Assembly: GCF_000315625.1 (NCBI RefSeq)
Contig: NW_005434619.1
Location: 120,303 to 184,302, forward strand
Length of the DNA stretch: 64,000 bases
Direction of reading: 5' to 3'
Origin: Guillardia theta CCMP2712
Taxonomy: Eukaryota; Protista; Cryptophyta
This document shows, piece by piece, positions 63,364 through 64,000 of this stretch. Below the pieces are notes generated by a model. It was not told the origin of the DNA and did not search any database. It saw only the letters and a list, made by a program, of their open reading frames with translations. The position numbers and the translations under genes are program-made. Numbering within the stretch: the first letter of the stretch is position 1; each line of letters opens with the position of its first letter.

Positions 63364-64000
63364 ATGCGCCTTTCAAAGATCTTTTGCATTTTCATTTCGA
63401 CACTCTACGCCCACCTTTTTGTCGAGGTTTTTGCGTTCTCTCAACCCAAATCCTTGAGGCTGCGATTCGATGGAGGCAAAGCTGCAAGCAAGGAAGCTCA
63501 TGGTTTGTCTTTCTCCTTGGCCAAGAACGTTTGTTCAAGGAGGAAGCATGCTCTCAGCACTTGCATGCTGGTGGATCTATCTTCGCCTCTCGCCATTGCA
63601 GCTCACAGCATGCAGGTCACATCACTTGTCGAATTCGATTCAACTCCTAACAAATTTTCAGGGTCTATCTGGAATTTTTAAGATTAGCCCGATTCAGATT
63701 GATGCTTTGACTGGAATGCTTCTGTACGTCCTAGGCAAGATAACGGCTGATAGAATCAATCAGGAAAAGACGAACAAGAAGGAAATCCGACGATGGGGCA
63801 CTGTTGGAGGTATTGACGGCTGCCTTGCGCACGTTTGGTACATTATCACGGATCACTTGGCAAGCATCTGCATCTTCCAACAAAAAATCTGGATTGTACT
63901 TGTTCAGGTGTTTTTGACGGAGTTGCTGTACACTCCGTTGTTCGTCAGCATTTTTCTGCTCGTCTCTGCTCGTTTTGATGGCAAGTCTCTGCAAGAATCT
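63364..64000 (+). CDS. Mpv17/PMP22-family membrane protein with a bipartite plastid presequence (3' truncated by the window)
   Basis: MRLSKIFCIFISTLYAHLFVEVFA-FS; after one intron, ALTGMLLYVLGKITAD...RRWGTVGGIDGCLAHVWY...VQVFLTELLYTPLFVSIFL, the Mpv17 G..H.WY...V..D/E....P pattern. Confidence 0.7.

Overview
Eukaryotic nuclear DNA, not prokaryotic. It is gene-dense, with many short GT-AG introns (about 40-60 nt, CTGAC-like branch points), longer introns filled with simple repeats ((GGA)n, (GAT)n, (CAGGAG)n) and eight N-gaps. Several proteins carry bipartite signal-peptide + 'AF' plastid presequences. This fits a cryptophyte alga such as Guillardia theta (inference). Recognisable genes: a 2OG-Fe(II) oxygenase-TPR with a homopolymer frameshift, an SDP1/TGL-type patatin lipase, CFAP96/C4orf47, a pair of intronless paralogs, an EF-hand protein, an intron-containing epoxyqueuosine reductase queG, a TPR protein, a phosphotriesterase-like protein, PARG, a plastid rubredoxin and an Mpv17/PMP22 protein. 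Most notable: (1) a spliced, apparently mitochondrion-targeted QueG, although eukaryotes are thought only to salvage queuine; (2) a phosphotriesterase homolog lacking 5 of 6 metal ligands and fused to a VATC-like treble-clef finger; (3) a polyproline protein with a CHUP1-like C-terminus; (4) a codon-biased 56-aa protein with an internal 21-aa repeat (ejectisin candidate); (5) a recurring non-coding pattern of CCGG/palindrome-rich islands and TACCCC/GGGGTA tracts. All family calls are from by-eye motif recognition; no searches were run and many exon boundaries are approximate.
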